Shown in pieces: positions 1 to 13,603 of a DNA stretch of 64,000 bases (positions are counted from its first letter, which is position 1; each line of letters begins with the position of its first letter). The notes below the pieces were generated by a model, which was given only the letters and a program-made list of their open reading frames with translations, had not been told where the DNA came from and made no database searches. The position numbers were made by a program, and so were the translations under genes. Source of the stretch: Setoptus koraiensis (taxonomy: Eukaryota; Animalia; Arthropoda); assembly GCA_048013815.1 (NCBI GenBank), contig CM106585.1, positions 9,858,001 to 9,922,000 on the forward strand, in the 5' to 3' direction.

Positions 1-776
1 ATAAGTGGTTACAATTCATGATAACTTTTCTTATGAATTCAAAACTTGTTAGATCTACTACTGCTATGAGCATTGAGAAAAGTTAATATTCTTCTATCAT
101 CTATGATATGATTCCAGACTGTTGATGCAGTTTATAAGTGATGATGAACCTATACAAGCTGCATTTTTTAATTCACTACTACCGCAATAAATCAATTAAA
201 TTATAGCAATGAGTCATTGGGGAATTATTTATAATTATTTTCGGGCCAACAAAAACAGAGGCAACTTCGGCAAAGATGGTAGTATTTTCCATTGCTGCAT
301 AGAGCACTAAATCTAATCTGCTAAGATTTACTCCAGCACACAAATACAGTTTACAGTTGTTCTTCTGCTCCTACTCGGCCAATCCAGGTGATTGTGTCGA
401 GATCAACAGAAACTCCCAGCCTGACGATCCGTCTGAAGACGATAACAGCGATCTGACTGTCTAACTTTCAAAGTTTCAGTAGTCAACCGATTGCGAAAGT
501 CCCTTAAGATCTGTTGCTTTATAAAACGGTAGAGATTTTGTGTAATTCAACCATCCTGCTGACGTGTGAAAGTAGTTGGCCAGCACGAATCGCCTCTAGC
601 TGGAACCATGTAGAGCGCCCTTGGTCGAGCGAACGACGACAAGGACGAACGTCGAGGGGAACAGCCAAAAGTGTCGTTGTTGGACGATTTTGCCAGGATG
701 GACTGAGGAAAATTTAAACAATGAACCATTAATCATGCGATAAGTCTTCAACCTATCGAAAGACATGAATAGTCTT

Positions 777-1017
777 AGTGAAATACAAAAGAAAATACGC
801 CCTACGCTGTTTAGCGACAGTACATTGTATAATGAGCGGTGAAATTGAATCCGGCTCCGAATCAAAATCGTCAGCTCCTTGAGATAACTAATAAAATTCG
901 TTTGGCGCCTAGGTAAACTCTTTGGGCATAATTTTTTCCTCAGGGAACATCCGACTTTTCCTGCTTCACAATCTAAATATTGCGCGCGCTTCTTCGGAAC
1001 TTTTATCGCATCGGCAA
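777..1017. repeat. ~240-bp direct repeat, copy A
   Basis: AGTGAAATACAAAAGAAAATACGC...CTTTTATCGCATCGGCAA recurs at 19090-19337 with scattered substitutions and a small indel. The flanks are unrelated. Confidence 0.9.
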
Positions 1018-2230
1018 CTTACTCTCCATTTTTGGTATCAACGTGGTGACACCTAGAATCGAGTCCGATGAACCAAAACACGTTCATCGCAAATTCTGTT
1101 TCTCTTTTGCTCATATTCATAGGTGATTAAAGATATACATCTGTCTTAAAATAACTGTAATATTGCGTGGATTCTTTCAGACTTGGCAGCGATCATTAGT
1201 TATCGTTGTCTTCCGCACTTGCTTTCACTTGCAAAAAGCAAGACAAAACATCTCAGTGATGATAACAACAGACAGTTGGAATATATCTATTCGAGGACAT
1301 TGATGTGTGATTCGCCAGTAAAATCACGTACAATCGGCGGAAGTTGTTATGAGGCTGACCCCAATAAGAGTAGGCACACGAAATCGAATAGGTTTGCGCT
1401 TGCTGCGGGAACAGGAGACACTTCATTCGCGCCTTTGCTCTGGCGATTCATCTCTCGTCGCTGAACGATGTCGATGCTTATCACAATCTTCCAATACTCG
1501 TAGCAACTCGATTTTGGGGAGCTCGTTTATTTGGATTGAGTCAGACATCGCAATGATCTCACTAGATACAATTGTCTTCCACGCTAGATTTCTCGAAATT
1601 CTTGTAGCAAAGAACAATCGGTGCGGCAGATCGGTGATGAAAACAAGAGACGATTGCTAACTATCGATCGAAGCACATTAATTGTCGATTAGGGAGGACA
1701 AACAGGCACGATTAGCAAAAATTGTTAAGGTTGTACCTCATTAAAACACAGACTGAATTGAATAGTTTGGCGCTTGCTATGGGAATAGTAGACACTTTCA
1801 TCGACACAGTGAATAAAATGCGAAAACAAAATCAAGTTCTCTCATTCGTGCCTTTGCTCTGATTCCTCGCGAGTCTTAATGACGTTCCCGAGTGCACTAT
1901 CTCCCGAGAGAGTTTTATGCAGAAGCAATCTGCCCCGAAAGGCGGGCGCATGCTCCCGCGCAGTGAGGCTCGATGCGTTCGGGATCTCGGTGAAAACTTA
2001 CACATCGCAAGGCTCTCACCCAGAAAAGAAAGTCCATTCACTCATTTCACATGAACCAGATCCCGTCGTATTTCCCTTCGCGCGCGTTCATTGCGAATTT
2101 CGCAATCCAAGAGTCTGGAGCAGCAAAGAATGTTAGAGCATGGTTGAAGCAATCCATCAAATAGCTCTAGCCAACAACAAATCGGAACGGATCAGTCAGT
2201 AAAATTATCTCAGGAGCAGCAAACGAAAAA

Positions 2231-4243
2231 ATGGATATCCCATCAGAATGGCGAGTGAGTATCTCATTACTAATCAGTTTCCAATGAAACTCTTTTCTGA
2301 ATCAATGAGGATTGATTATTCAGCAACTGTCATCCATTAACTTTTGCAGGCGCCCATGTTTGCCTTCACTGGCTTGTTATTTGTTGCCGCCGTCACAAGT
2401 AATATGATTGTTTGCCATACAGTATGGCGCGACAAAAGCATGCATACTGCAATATATTATTTCGTTGTCAATCAAGCAATAGGTGATCTACTCATGACAC
2501 TCCCTATACCAGCATATTTTATTACTGGTGATATTTCTGAGTACGAAGCGCAGATAATAGGCAACAAATTTTGTGCTTGTTATAGGTATCTTATTCTCAG
2601 TCCTATCTATGTCAGGTAAGTGTTTAGAAAATAATGAGATGCAATGTTTGTTTCGGGGTCTGGTGTGCATACGTGTAACCAATCATCCACTGTGTGATGA
2701 GCTAGCAGTCAAGTGCGGTGATAATTACAGCGAAACATACCTCGACAAACATAACATCGTAATTGGAAGTGTTGAAAGAGGAAGATCTATCATACAGATT
2801 GTATTATGTGTCCCATTAATCATATCAAGCACTTATACCATGGTGGCTATCGCAATAAACCGTTATCGAGCTATTGTCGATTTACGTATGACAGGACAAC
2901 CAAAGAAGATCATTGCAGCTATCTGGTTGTCAGCCTCTTTGATTTCATTGCCAGCTACCATTCATGCCGGCTTGCTACCGAACTACTATATAGGGCCTAT
3001 TATCTCTTATCACTGCTATGAGAGATGGAAATCGAAACAATGGCGCGAAATTTATTATTATGCGCTATCGGTCATACAATCTATAGGACCAATAATTGTG
3101 TTCGCCTTCACCTATACGAGGGTATCAATTGTTGTTTGGAAAAGACAGATACCTGGAGAGCCCGACAGTGCACACCATCTCATGATTGATCGTTCCAAAA
3201 TGAGGGTGAGTGATATTTGGTCATATCAAGTTTTAAATTACTCAAATATAACCCGTCCCACTCGGATTATCATGAATTTATTCTCGTCTTAGGATGATGT
3301 GAAATTACCATTTTTATTTATCCAAACCAATGTGTGTCCACGTGCGATAATCAGAGAGCTGTAAGAAAACAGCAAGTAACCGAAGGTGCACTGAAAAAAC
3401 CGAATGCACACGTTTCCATTCGGTGATATGATAACCCCACTGCCAGGCTTGTCGATAAACAGCATGAAATCGATAAAAACAAGTATAAACTGAACTCCAA
3501 AGACGAATTAGGTTGCGAGAATTCGTTTCGTTTATAGTTTGTTTCGATGGAGACAAGAGCACCAGCTATGTGAGATATAAACATATTGGCACTTAAATCC
3601 CAACGACATGCGGGTAAAGTTTTCGCACGATTATTTGAGATGACATTCTTGCATAGACCAAGCCGATGAGGTACCTCACAGAGCGTCGATCGAGATTCGT
3701 GTGGTGGAACCAACCAACCAAACCAATCAACCTTCAACTTTTATGAGCACAAGATCTGATATGACCCGATTGCGTTACAGTGTAAACTCTACTCACACAT
3801 ACAGCGTCAGAACTGCGGCAGATCGAAATGGTATTACTATACCGATAAAAAAACTCGTTGTCATTAATAACTAGTAACCACCATTCTTCATTTTCTTTGT
3901 ATTCACAAAACCACATTTTCCACGAATATATGATTAGACATTGAAAATGGCAATATATTGTTTTGGTGCCTTCGCTTTAACCTGGCTTCCATATCAGGTG
4001 TTTTTCTTTTTTTATAGCAATCACCACCCCATTATAGAGAATATGGAAGATAGGACAGTTTCTATCATATATTTTGTAATGACCTATCTCACTTGGTGCC
4101 ACACCATCACGAATCCAATAATTTATTATCTGATGGACGAAAAATTACGTCAGGGCTTTCGAAATGCAGTTAGCATGTTCAAACGTAAGAATGAGTCGAG
4201 CCAAGTCAACGAGCAGATCAAGCTCGATGACTCAGCTGTCTGA
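2231..4243 (+). CDS. Class-A GPCR, RYamide/NPY-receptor-like, copy 1 (323 aa, 4 exons)
   Basis: Exons 2231-2254, 2350-2615, 2830-3205 and 3938-4243 have GT..AG ends and keep frame (972 nt). Motifs: TM1 SN, TM2 GDLL, TM3 C...STYTMVAIAINRY, ECL2 Cys, IPGE..RSK, TWLP, NPIIY. Confidence 0.88.
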
Positions 4244-6300
4244 GAAGATGGCACATACGGGAAAAGTTGGTTCGCTACCAAGAGTTAGATTACATTTCGA
4301 GCCGGTTCGGTCAGTATGCGCGCGTAACCTACCAATGTCACACAAAACGGAAAATATCTGACGCGAACAAGCTTGTATCGATCGTGAGCAGAATACATCA
4401 CTTTCATTTGAACAATCGCAACCATATTTGGATTGACAGTACGTGTCTCATTTGATCCCCTATCTGCCGACATTTATTTTGGTGTAATCTGGCGGTTGAC
4501 ATTCATTGCCGAGTTGATGTCGTGCAAAATCGAGGCCGACTTTCTCTCACTCCGTAATAGACGACGAACATGAATTACACGAAATGTTCGCCAGCATAAA
4601 TAGAGCATAAGTGTCAAATTTTGCGTTCTCGCTTGCGTCATCACATTCAATAGACAGCCAATTTTTGACAGATTTAATCCAACGAGCTGAGTGAGTTGTT
4701 ATCTTGCTCGCTTGATGCTGGCCGAATGCATTCTCGGCCACTTTCGACCTGTGTAACTATATTTGGAGCTTGTGAGAACTACGGAAGCAAGCTTGATACA
4801 CGCTCAGTCTATTCCTCGTCGAAGAGCTCGCTCGTCGCTTCTGTCCCTGCATCGAGCGAGAATAAATGTTACCTCATTGTTATTCGGGAGATCTAAGGCC
4901 GCTAAATTTCTACTGGCAAATAGTATTATCTGTATTGACACCATAGCCTTCGTTGTACGCCAAACATGAGTATCAAAGACGAATCACCACAATATAAATG
5001 CCTGCCGATCAATCAACACATGACCGAACTCGGATAACAAGTAGCAAGAAGCAAATTCAAGAGCACAAAGCAACGCTTACACGATTTGACTTTTCGCAAT
5101 CAGAATCTCTTCTCTGTTGAGCACTCTTACCTGCGAATATTTATCGTTCTTTATGAGAGGCAACCTGATTGATTTGTGCATACGCTCCGAGGACCTAGAG
5201 CAGTTGTTCACCGGACGACTTTTGCTAGGAAGACCAACATTGGAAGATAAGAGACTGGAGATAAGACTGCAATCGTGTACTCTTGGTTGACCTCCAAGAA
5301 TGGATTCAGATATATCGACAACATCTAATAGGTTCCTCAGTTACTACATTGAATATGGTGCATCGTAAACTGTGTCATTGATTCTTGTCCGTCTCATTGT
5401 TGCTCACATTCGCATCATTCACTGACACATCTCGAATACTCACATATGGTCTGTAGCAGTAATTGTTCATAATGGCATTGCTGATGACAGTTATATTCAG
5501 TTAGATCCAACTAAAAGTAATACATTGAGTAGATCGGTTCAGACATGGCTGCAATCATCGCCATTTATGGTTGTCACCCGCAATGGCTCTCACCAATTCG
5601 TATCAACAACCAATTCGCAAGCTTACAAAAAAACAATCGGTGCGACAGCTCGACGATGAAGACAACAGACGGTTGCTATCTATCTATCAGTGCACAATAA
5701 TTGGCAATTAGGGAGTGCAAGCAGATACCACAGGCGAAAATTGTTATGAGGTGGAACCCCATGAAAACACCCACTGAATTGAAAAGTTTGGCGCTTGCTA
5801 TGGGAATAGGAGACACTTTCATCGACACAGTGAATAAAATGCGAAAACAAAATCAAGTTCTCTCATTCGTGCCTTTGCTCTGATTCCCCGCGAGTCTTAA
5901 TGACGTTCCCAAATGCATTGAATCCCGAGAGGGTTACAATCTAAACAAATTATGTTTCTCTGGCAGTACTCTGCCCCAAAAACAGGCGCATGCTCCATTT
6001 GTTGGCTATGTGCGTTCGAGATCTGGCTGAAAGCGTACACATCGCAAGTCTTTTATCCAGAAAAAAGTCCATTCACTTGTTTCCCCCTGATGAATGAATG
6101 ACAAAAAGAAACTGGGATGCATCGGGCTCTATCATGCGACCAGATCCAGATTTAGTTTCAGTTGCTCGCGTTCATTGCGAAATATGCCCAAGAGTCCGTA
6201 GCAGAAAAGCATGTTCGAGCATGGTTGAAGCAATCCATCAACTAGCCCTAGCCAACAACAAATCGGAACGGATCGGTCAGTAAAATTATCTCAGGAGCAG
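4210..6300. repeat. ~2.1-kb intergenic duplication unit
   Basis: Almost base-identical to 8070-10150 (offset ~3.86 kb). The 5' part also recurs at ~12170-12900. An upstream module recurs at ~1740-2220 and ~12950-13450, with degenerate traces at ~1250-1445 and ~16450-16530. Confidence 0.92.
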
Positions 6301-6311
6301 CAAACGAAAAA

Positions 6312-8107
6312 ATGGATATCCCATCAGAATGGCGAGTGAGTATCTCATTACTAATCAGTTTCCAATGTAACTCTTTTCTGAATCAATGAGGATTGATTAT
6401 TCAGCAACTGTCATCCATTAACTTTTGCAGGCGCCCATGTTTGCCTTCACTGGCTTGTTATTTGTTGCCGCCGTCACAAGTAATATGATTGTTTGCCATA
6501 CAGTATGGCGCGACAAAAGCATGCATACTGCAATATATTATTTCGTTGTCAATCTAGCACTGAGCGATCTACTCATCGCACTCATCACGATACCGGTATC
6601 TTTTTTTTCTCATGTGATATCTGAGTACCAAGCGTGGATATTCGGCAGAGCCTTTTGTGTTTTTTATTCGCATCTTTCAACCAGTTCTGTCTTTGTCAGG
6701 TGAGTATCAAGAGAAGAATACGCGCAGCGTCCTGGTGCCACTAACGATTCGTTCCATTCTGTGATGAGCTAGCAACCAAGATCGGCGAACATTGTAATTG
6801 ATAATAATGAAAAGTATAAAAAATCCGTCATACGGTTTGTGTTATGTGTCCTGTCAATCATATCAAGCACTTATACTATAGTGGCCATCGCAATAGACCG
6901 TTATCGGGGCATTGTAGATTCACGTAGGACAGGGAAACCTAAGCTGATCATTGCAGCTATCTGGTTGGCAGCCTCTTTGACTGCATTACCAGCTACCATT
7001 CATTCCGACTTGGTACCAATTCCCGACGACGAACTCGGATTATACTATTGCAATGAAAAATGGGAATCAGGAGAATGGCGCAAAATCTATACTTATGTAC
7101 TAACGGTCTTGCAATTTGTAGGACCACTAATTGTGATCGGAATCACTCATATTAAAGTATTAATCGTTGCTTGGAAAAGACAGATACCTGGTGAGCCCAA
7201 TAGCGCAAACCATCTCATTTGTGTTCGTTTCAAAGAGAAGGTAAGTGATATCTAGACAAATAGGCTGATGAGCCTTCTCAAAAGACCATGATCGAGATTC
7301 ATTCATCTCACAAGTTTTCAGGCAGTTTCTGCGGTCTTCCGGTGAGAAGTGGATTGGTTGTTCACTAAATTGTGTTTCTCTTCGTATTCACTAAACCACA
7401 TTTTTTACGACGATTTATCTAGGCACTTAGGATGGCGGTATATTGCTTCACAGCGTTCTCATTAACTTGGCTACCAAAAACCATGCTAAATTTCATGATT
7501 GAACAAAACCCTTCTATTCTGACCAAAGATGGGATACAATATGCTTATTTTGTTGCGAGCTATCTTTATNNNNNNNNNNNNNNNNNNNNNNNNNNNNNNN
7601 NNNNNNNNNNNNNNNNNNNNNNNNNNNNNNNNNNNNNNNNNNNNNNNNNNNNNNNNNNNNNNNNNNNNNNNNNNNNNNNNNNNNNNNNNNNNNNNNNNNN
7701 NNNNNNNNNNNNNNNNNNNNNNNNNNNNNNNNNNNNNNNNNNNNNNNNNNNNNNNNNNNNNNNNNNNNNNNNNNNNNNNNNNNNNNNNNNNNNNNNNNNN
7801 NNNNNNNNNNNNNNNNNNNNNNNNNNNNNNNNNNNNNNNNNNNNNNNNNNNNNNNNNNNNNNNNNNNNNNNNNNNNNNNNNNNNNNNNNNNNNNNNNNNN
7901 NNNNNNNNNNNNNNNNNNNNNNNNNNNNNNNNNNNNNNNNNNNNNNNNNNNNNNNNNNNNNNNNNNNNNNNNNNNNNNNNNNNNNNNNNNNNNNNNNNNN
8001 NNNNNNNNNNNNNNNNNNNNNNNNNNNNNNNNNNNNNNNNNNNNNNNNNNNNNNNNNNNNNNNNNNNNNAGCAGATCAATGTCAAGCTCGATGACTCAGC
8101 TGTCTGA
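6312..8107 (+). CDS. Class-A GPCR, RYamide/NPY-receptor-like, copy 2 (exon 4 interrupted by assembly gap)
   Basis: Exons 6312-6335, 6431-6699, 6868-7240 and 7423 into the gap. LALSDLL, DRY and TWLP are present. The post-gap QINVKLDDSAV* (ends 8107) may belong to this copy or to another. Confidence 0.8.
7570..8069. other. Assembly gap (500 N)
   Basis: Run of exactly 500 N. Confidence 0.99.
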
Positions 8108-10150
8108 GAAGATGGCACATACGGGAAAAGTTGGTTCGCTACCAAGAGTTAGATTACATTTCGAGCCGGTTCGGTCAGTATGCGCGCGTAACCTACCAAT
8201 GTCTCACAAAACGGAAAATATCTGACGCGAACAAGCTTGTATCGATCGTGAGCAGAATACATCACTTTCATTTGAACAATCGCAACCATATTTGGATTGA
8301 CAGTACGTGTCTCATTTGATCCCCTATCTGCCGACATATATTTTGGTGTAATCTGGCGGTTGACATTCATTGCCGAGTTGATGTCGTGCAAAATCGAGGC
8401 CGACTCTCTCTCTCACTCCGTAATAGACGACGAACATGAATTACACGAAATGTTCGCCAGCATAAATAGAGCATAAGTGTCAAATTTTGCGTTCTCGCTT
8501 GCGTCATCACATTCAATAGACAGCCAATTTTTGACAGATTTAATCCAACGAGCTGAGTGAGTTGTTATCTTGCTCGCTTGATGCTGGCCGAATGCATTCT
8601 CGGCCACTTTCGACCTGTGTAACTATATTTGGAGCTTGTGAGAACTACGGAAGCAAGCTTGATACACGCTCAGTCTATTCCTCGTCGAAGAGCTCGCTCG
8701 TCGCTTCTGTCCCTGCATCGAGCGAGAATAAATGTTACCTTATTGTTATTCGGGAGATCTAAGGCCGCTAAATTTCTACTGGCAAATAGTATTATCTGTA
8801 TTGACACCATAGCCTTCGTTGTACGCCAAACATGAGTATCAAAGACGAATCACCACAATATAAATGCCTGCCGATCAATCAACACATGACCGAACTCGGA
8901 TAACAAGTAGCAAGAAGCAAATTCAAGAGCACAAAGCAACGCTTACACGATTTGACTTTTCGCAATCAGAATCTCTTCTCTGTTGAGCACTCTTACCTGC
9001 GAATATTTATCGTTCTTTATGAGAGGCAACCTGATTGTTTCGTGCATACGCTCCGAGGACCTAGAGCAGTTGTTCACCGGACGACTTTTGCTAGGAAGAC
9101 CAACATTGGAAGATAAGAGACTGGAGATAAGACTGCAATCGTGTACTCTTGGTTGACCTCCAAGAATGGATTCAGATATATCGACAACATCTAATAGGTT
9201 CCTCAGTTACTACATTGAATATGGTGCATCGTAAACTGTGTCATTGATTCTTGTCCGTCTCATTGTTGCTCACATTCGCATCATTCACTGACACATCTCG
9301 AATACTCACATATGGTCTGTAGCAGTAATTGTTCATAATGGCATTGCTGATGACAGTTATATTCAGTTAGATCCAACTAAAAGTAATACATTGAGTAGAT
9401 CGGTTCAGACATGGCTGCAATCATCGCCATTTATGGTTGTCACCCGCAATGGCTCTCACCAATTCGTATCAACAACCAATTCGCAAGCTTACAAAAAAAC
9501 AATCGGTGCGACAGCTCGACGATGAAGACAACAGACGGTTGCTATCTATCTATCAGTGCACAATAATTGGCAATTAGGGAGTGCAAGCAGATACCACAGG
9601 CGAAAATTGTTATGAGGTGGAACCCCATGAAAACACCCACTGAATTGAATAGTTTGGCGCTTGCTACGGGAATAGGAGACACTTTCATCGACACAGTGAA
9701 TAAAATGCGAAAACAAAATCAAGTTCTCTCATTCGTGCCTTTGCTCTGATTCCCCGCGAGTCCTAATGACGTTCCCAAATGCATTGAATCCCGAGAGGGT
9801 TACAATCTAAACAAATTATGTTTCTCTGGCAGTACTCTGCCCCAAAAACAGGCGCATGCTCCATTTGTAGGCTATGTGCGTTCGAGATCTGGCTGAAAGC
9901 GTACACATCGCAAGTCTTTTATCCAGAAAAAAGTCCATTCACTTGTTTCCCCCTGATGAATGGATGACAAAAAGAAGCCGGGATGCATCGGGCTCTATCA
10001 TGCGACCAGATCCAGATTTAGTTTCAGTCGCTCGCGTTCATTGCGAAATATGCCCAAGAGTCCGTAGCAGAAAAGCATGTTCGAGCATGGTTGAAGCAAT
10101 CCATCAACTAGCCCTAGCCAACAACGAATCAAAACGGATCGGTCAGTGAA
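8070..10150. repeat. ~2.1-kb intergenic duplication unit, second copy
   Basis: Near-identical to 4210-6300. Confidence 0.92.
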
Positions 10151-10171
10151 ATTATCTAAGTAGCAGCAAAA

Positions 10172-12197
10172 ATGAATATTCCATCAGAATGGCGAGTGAG
10201 TATCTCATTACTAATCAGTTTCAAATAAAAAACTTTTCCGAGTCAATGAGGATGGATTAATCAGCAACCTTCATCCATTAACTCTTGCAGGAACTCATGT
10301 ATGCTTCCACTGGCTTGTTATTTGTTGCCAGTGTCGCAAGTAACTTCATCGTTTGTTATACAGTTTTGTGTGACAGAAGCATGCATACTGCAACATATTA
10401 TTTCGTCGTCAATCTTGCACTGAGCGATCTACTCATGACACTTTCTATACCAGCATATTTTATTGTTGATGGAATTTCTGAGTACGAAAGGCAGATAATA
10501 GGCGACAAGTTTTGTGCTTTTTATAGGCATCTTAATCTCAGTCCTATCTTTGTCAGGTAAGTGTTTAGGAAATAATGACATGCAAAGTTTGTTTCGGGAT
10601 CTGGTGTGCATACGTGTAACTTCCTATGATCGCCAACCAATCATCCCACTGTGTAATGAGCTAGCAGTCAAGTGCGGTGATAATTAAAGCGAAACATACC
10701 TCGACAAACATAACATAGTAACTAGAAGTATTGAAAGAGAAAGATCTATCATACTGATTGTATTATGTGTCATAATAATCACATCAAGCACTTATACCAT
10801 GGTGGCTATCGCAATAGACCGTTATCGGGCCATTGTAGATTCACGTAGGACAGAACAACCAAAGCAGAGCATTGCAGCTATCTGGGTGGCAGCCTCTTTG
10901 ACTGCATTACCAACAACCATTCATGCCGCCTTGAAACAGAAATTCAAGATGGATATGGAGGGTAATTTCGTTTATGGATGCGATGACGTTTGGGAATCGG
11001 AACGATGGCTAAAAATTTATTATTATGCGCTAATCTTCTTGCAACTTATCGGACCAATAATTGTGTTCGCCATTACCTATACGAGTGTATCAATTGTTGT
11101 TTGGAAAAGACAGATACCTGGAGAGCCCGACAGTGCACACCATCTCATGACTGCTCGTTCCAAAATGAAGGTGAGTGATATTTAGTCATATCAAGTTTTG
11201 AATTGCTCAAATATATAACCCGTCCCACTCGGGTTATCATGAATTTATTCTCGTCTTAGGATGATTTGAAAGAACAGTTTTTTATTTATCCAAATCAATG
11301 TGTGTGCATGTGTGATAATCAGAGAACTGTAAGAAAACAGCAAGTAACCGAAGGTGCACTCGAAAAACCGAATGCACACGTTTCCGTTCGGTGATATGAT
11401 AACCCCACTGCCAGTCTTGTCGATATACAGCATGAAATCAATAAAAACAAGTATAAACTGAACTCCAAAGACGAATTAGGTTGTGAGAATTCGTTTCGTT
11501 TATAGTTTGTTTCGATGGAGATAAGAGCGTCAGATGAGCTATGTGAGATCTAAACAAATAGGCAGCTAAATCCCAACGACATGCGGGTAAAGTTTTCGCA
11601 CGATCATCTGAGATGACATTCTTGCGTAGACCAAGCCGATGAGGCACCTCGAGAAGAACGTCGATCGAGATTCGTGTGGTGGAACCAACCAACCAAACCA
11701 ATCAACCTTCAACTTTCATGTGCAGAAGATCTGACTTGATCCGATTGGTTTACACATACATACAGCGCCAGAAATGCGGCAAATCGAAATGATATTACTA
11801 TACCAAAAAAATAGTTGTCATTAATAACTAGTAACCACCATTATACATTTTCTTTGTATTCACAAAACCACATTTTTCACGAATATATGATTAGACATTG
11901 AAAATGGCAATATATTGTTTTGTGGCCTTCGCTTTAACTTGGTGTGCAACTCATGTGTTTCATATTTTGCTTATCGATCAGGATCTCATTACGGAAATTA
12001 GGACAATTTTTATTACAAATTTTGTATTGACCTATCTCACTTGGTGCCACACCATCACAAATCCAATAATTTATTATCTGATGGACGAAAAATTACGTCA
12101 GGGCTTTCGAAATGCATTTAGCATGTCCAAATGTAAGAATGAGTCGAGCCAAGTCAACGACCAGATCAATGTCGAGCTCGATGACGCAGCTGTCTGA
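10172..12197 (+). CDS. Class-A GPCR, RYamide/NPY-receptor-like, copy 3 (324 aa)
   Basis: Exons 10172-10195, 10291-10556, 10789-11170 and 11895-12197 (975 nt, frame kept). DRY and NPIIY are present. TM6 reads TWCAT instead of TWLP. Confidence 0.88.
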
Positions 12198-13603
12198 GAG
12201 GACGGCACATACGGGAAATGTTGGTTCGCTACCAAGAGTTAGATTACACTTCGAGCCGGTTCGGTCAGTATGCGCGCGTAACCTACCAATGTCACACAAA
12301 ACGGAAAATATCCGACGCAAACAAGATTGTATCGATCGTGAGCAGAATACATCACTTTCATTGGCACAATCGCCACCATGTTTGGATTGTCAGTACGCGT
12401 CTCATTTGATCCCCTATCGGCTGACATTTATTTTGGTGTAATCTGGCGGTTGACATTCATTGCCGAGTTGATGTCGTGCAAAATCGAGGCCGACTTTCTC
12501 TCACTCCGTAATAGACGACGAACATGAATTACACGAAATGTTCGCCAGCATAAATAGAGCATAAGTGTCAAATTTTGCGTTCTCGCTTGCGTCATCACAT
12601 TCAATAGACAGCCAATTTTTGACAGATTTAATCCAACGAGCTGAGTGAGTTGTTATCTTGCTCGCTTGATGCTGGCCGAATGCATTCTCGGCCACTTTCG
12701 ACCTGTGTAACTATATTTGGAGCTTGTGGGAACTACGAAAACAAGCTTGATACACGCTCAGTCTGTTCCTCTGTGTTCTGTTGCCCGTCGAAGAGCTCGC
12801 TCGTCGCTTCTGTACCTGTATCGAGCGAGAATAAATGTTACCTCATTGTTATTCGGCAGATCTGAGGCCGTTAAATTTCTACTGAAAACAGTAGTATTAG
12901 GGAGTACAAGCAGATACCATAGGCGAAAATTGTTATGAGGTGGGATCCCATTAAAACACACACTGAATTGAATAGGTTTGTGCTTTCTGCGGAATTGGAG
13001 ACACTCTTATCGACACATTGAATAAAATGCGAAAACAAAATCTATTTCTCTCAATCGTGCTTTTGCTCTGATTCCCCGTGAGTCTTAATGACGTCCCAAA
13101 GGGGATTGTCTCCCAAGAGGATTGTACTCCGAATGAATTCTGTTTTTCCAGCAGTAATCTGCACCGAAAGGCGGGCGCATGCTCCCGCGCAGTGAGGCTC
13201 GATGCGTTCGAGATCCGGTGAAAACGGATTGCGAAGCTCTCATCCAGAAAAAATCAATTCCTTTATTTTCTCTCGACAAATAAATGACATACAGAAGCTG
13301 GGAAGCATTTTATTGTGTTTCTGAAAAAAATCAGATCCAGTCTTATTTTCTTAGGCGCGCATTCATTTCGAAATATTCCGAAAAGTTTGGAGCAACAAAA
13401 AATCTTGGTGCATGGTTAAAGCAATCCATCAATTAGCATGAGCCAATCTGGGTGATAAAGTACACATTGCGAGGCTCTAATATAGAAAATTAAAAGTAAA
13501 TCGACTTATTCTCCGCTTATTTACTGATATCAATTGATCAGTTTGATTGACTAACGATCGGTCAACGTTCACTAAAATGTCCTGACGAGCAGCGAACGAA
13601 AAA

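Noticed and set aside
2573-2829. Open frame running through GPCR intron 2 into exon 3
   Set aside because: Out of frame with exon 2 (214-nt intron). The spliced product restores the canonical TM3 VS-TYT.
3351-3737. 128-aa antisense ORF in GPCR copy-1 intron 3 (possible nested gene)
   Set aside because: The near-identical intron of copy 3 breaks the frame, it does not start with ATG, and it has no motifs.
4267-4969. Short ORFs recurring identically in the three spacers
   Set aside because: The recurrence reflects recent DNA duplication. Indels in the third copy shift frames, so there is no evidence of coding selection.
7432-8145. Three ~200-aa ORFs full of X
   Set aside because: Artefacts of translating through the 500-N gap.
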